Assembly (NCBI RefSeq): GCF_001194135.2
Contig: NC_068985.1
Coordinates: 3,927,109-3,965,238 of the forward strand
DNA: 38,130 nucleotides
Source: Octopus bimaculoides
Lineage: Eukaryota
Reading direction: 5' to 3'
Shown here in pieces: positions 37,448 to 38,130 of this stretch. Each line of letters begins with the position of its first letter. Position 1 is the stretch's first letter. The notes beneath the pieces were generated by a model that saw nothing but the letters and a program-made list of their open reading frames with translations, was not told where the DNA came from and searched no databases. The position numbers were made by a program, and so were the translations under genes.

Positions 37448-38058
37448 CATACATAAAGGTACATATATACATACATGAGTGCACCAACTAACTCACAGGC
37501 TTGTGTCTACGTATATTTAGTTTTGTCGCCGCTGTGTTGGTTATGTAATGTAACAATGAAAGAGAATTGATCTCTATCGATTTCAGATGTAAATCTTCCA
37601 GTTGTTCGATCAGCTGGAATACTTTCCCATTGAATTTAACAACATACAAGTGGCTCTGTATTCTACAAAAAACTCGTATCCTTAATGCAATTCTGCAGCA
37701 GAATCAGCGTGAGATAATACGTGACATTTCAGGTCGTTTGAATGAGAGAAACAGTTCGTGAGATGAAATCACTAGGAACAGAGACGTATCATGGAGAATA
37801 CAGAACGTATTAGAAAATCCATTTCCTTGTTTCTTGTCTTTTTTATTATTATTATTATTATTTGTTTATTCATCATTGTAACATCAATAACGGAACGAAG
37901 TTGAATTAAAATCATTACCCAAAGAATTAACCACGAAGAAACTATTAATTATTGTGTAACTAAATGGTAATCGAACAAGCAAACAGTACTCTGAAATATT
38001 ATCCCTTTGGCTTCTTTCTTATTTTAAAATTCTTTTACATCTTATACATATATGTGCG

Positions 38059-38063
<5 letters not shown>

Positions 38064-38130
<67 letters not shown>
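38064..38130. repeat. (CA)n microsatellite running to the window end
   Basis: Directly visible. Confidence 0.97.

Noticed and set aside
289-38130. Dozens of ORFs made of HT/YI/CV dipeptides, poly-M/I/H/V/S/N runs or X-runs
   Set aside because: They are translations of microsatellites and N-gaps, not genes.

Overview
AT-rich, gap-laden eukaryotic genomic scaffold: about 20 N-gaps, nearly all flanked by microsatellites. The dense (CA)/(TA)/(AAT)/(GATA) arrays and the recurring tRNA-derived SINE types suggest an octopus-like coleoid cephalopod; this is inferred from repeat content and not verified. I can support no intact host protein-coding gene, RNA gene or CRISPR array. Most ORF-track entries are microsatellite or N-run artefacts. 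The recognisable content is decayed mobile DNA: two R4/Dong-like restriction-like-endonuclease (REL) non-LTR fragments, two L1/Tx1-like fragments (one scrambled), a Penelope-like RT fragment, an internally deleted mariner with TIRs nested in a SINE, a TA-flanked MITE with 118-bp TIRs, at least two SINE families and a 65-bp minisatellite. The most notable RNA-level signals are a complete minimal type I hammerhead ribozyme core at 22838-22883 (-), a degenerate second core at 11551-11590 (-), and three long near-perfect fold-back hairpins (20611-20812, 29752-29901, 33674-34208).
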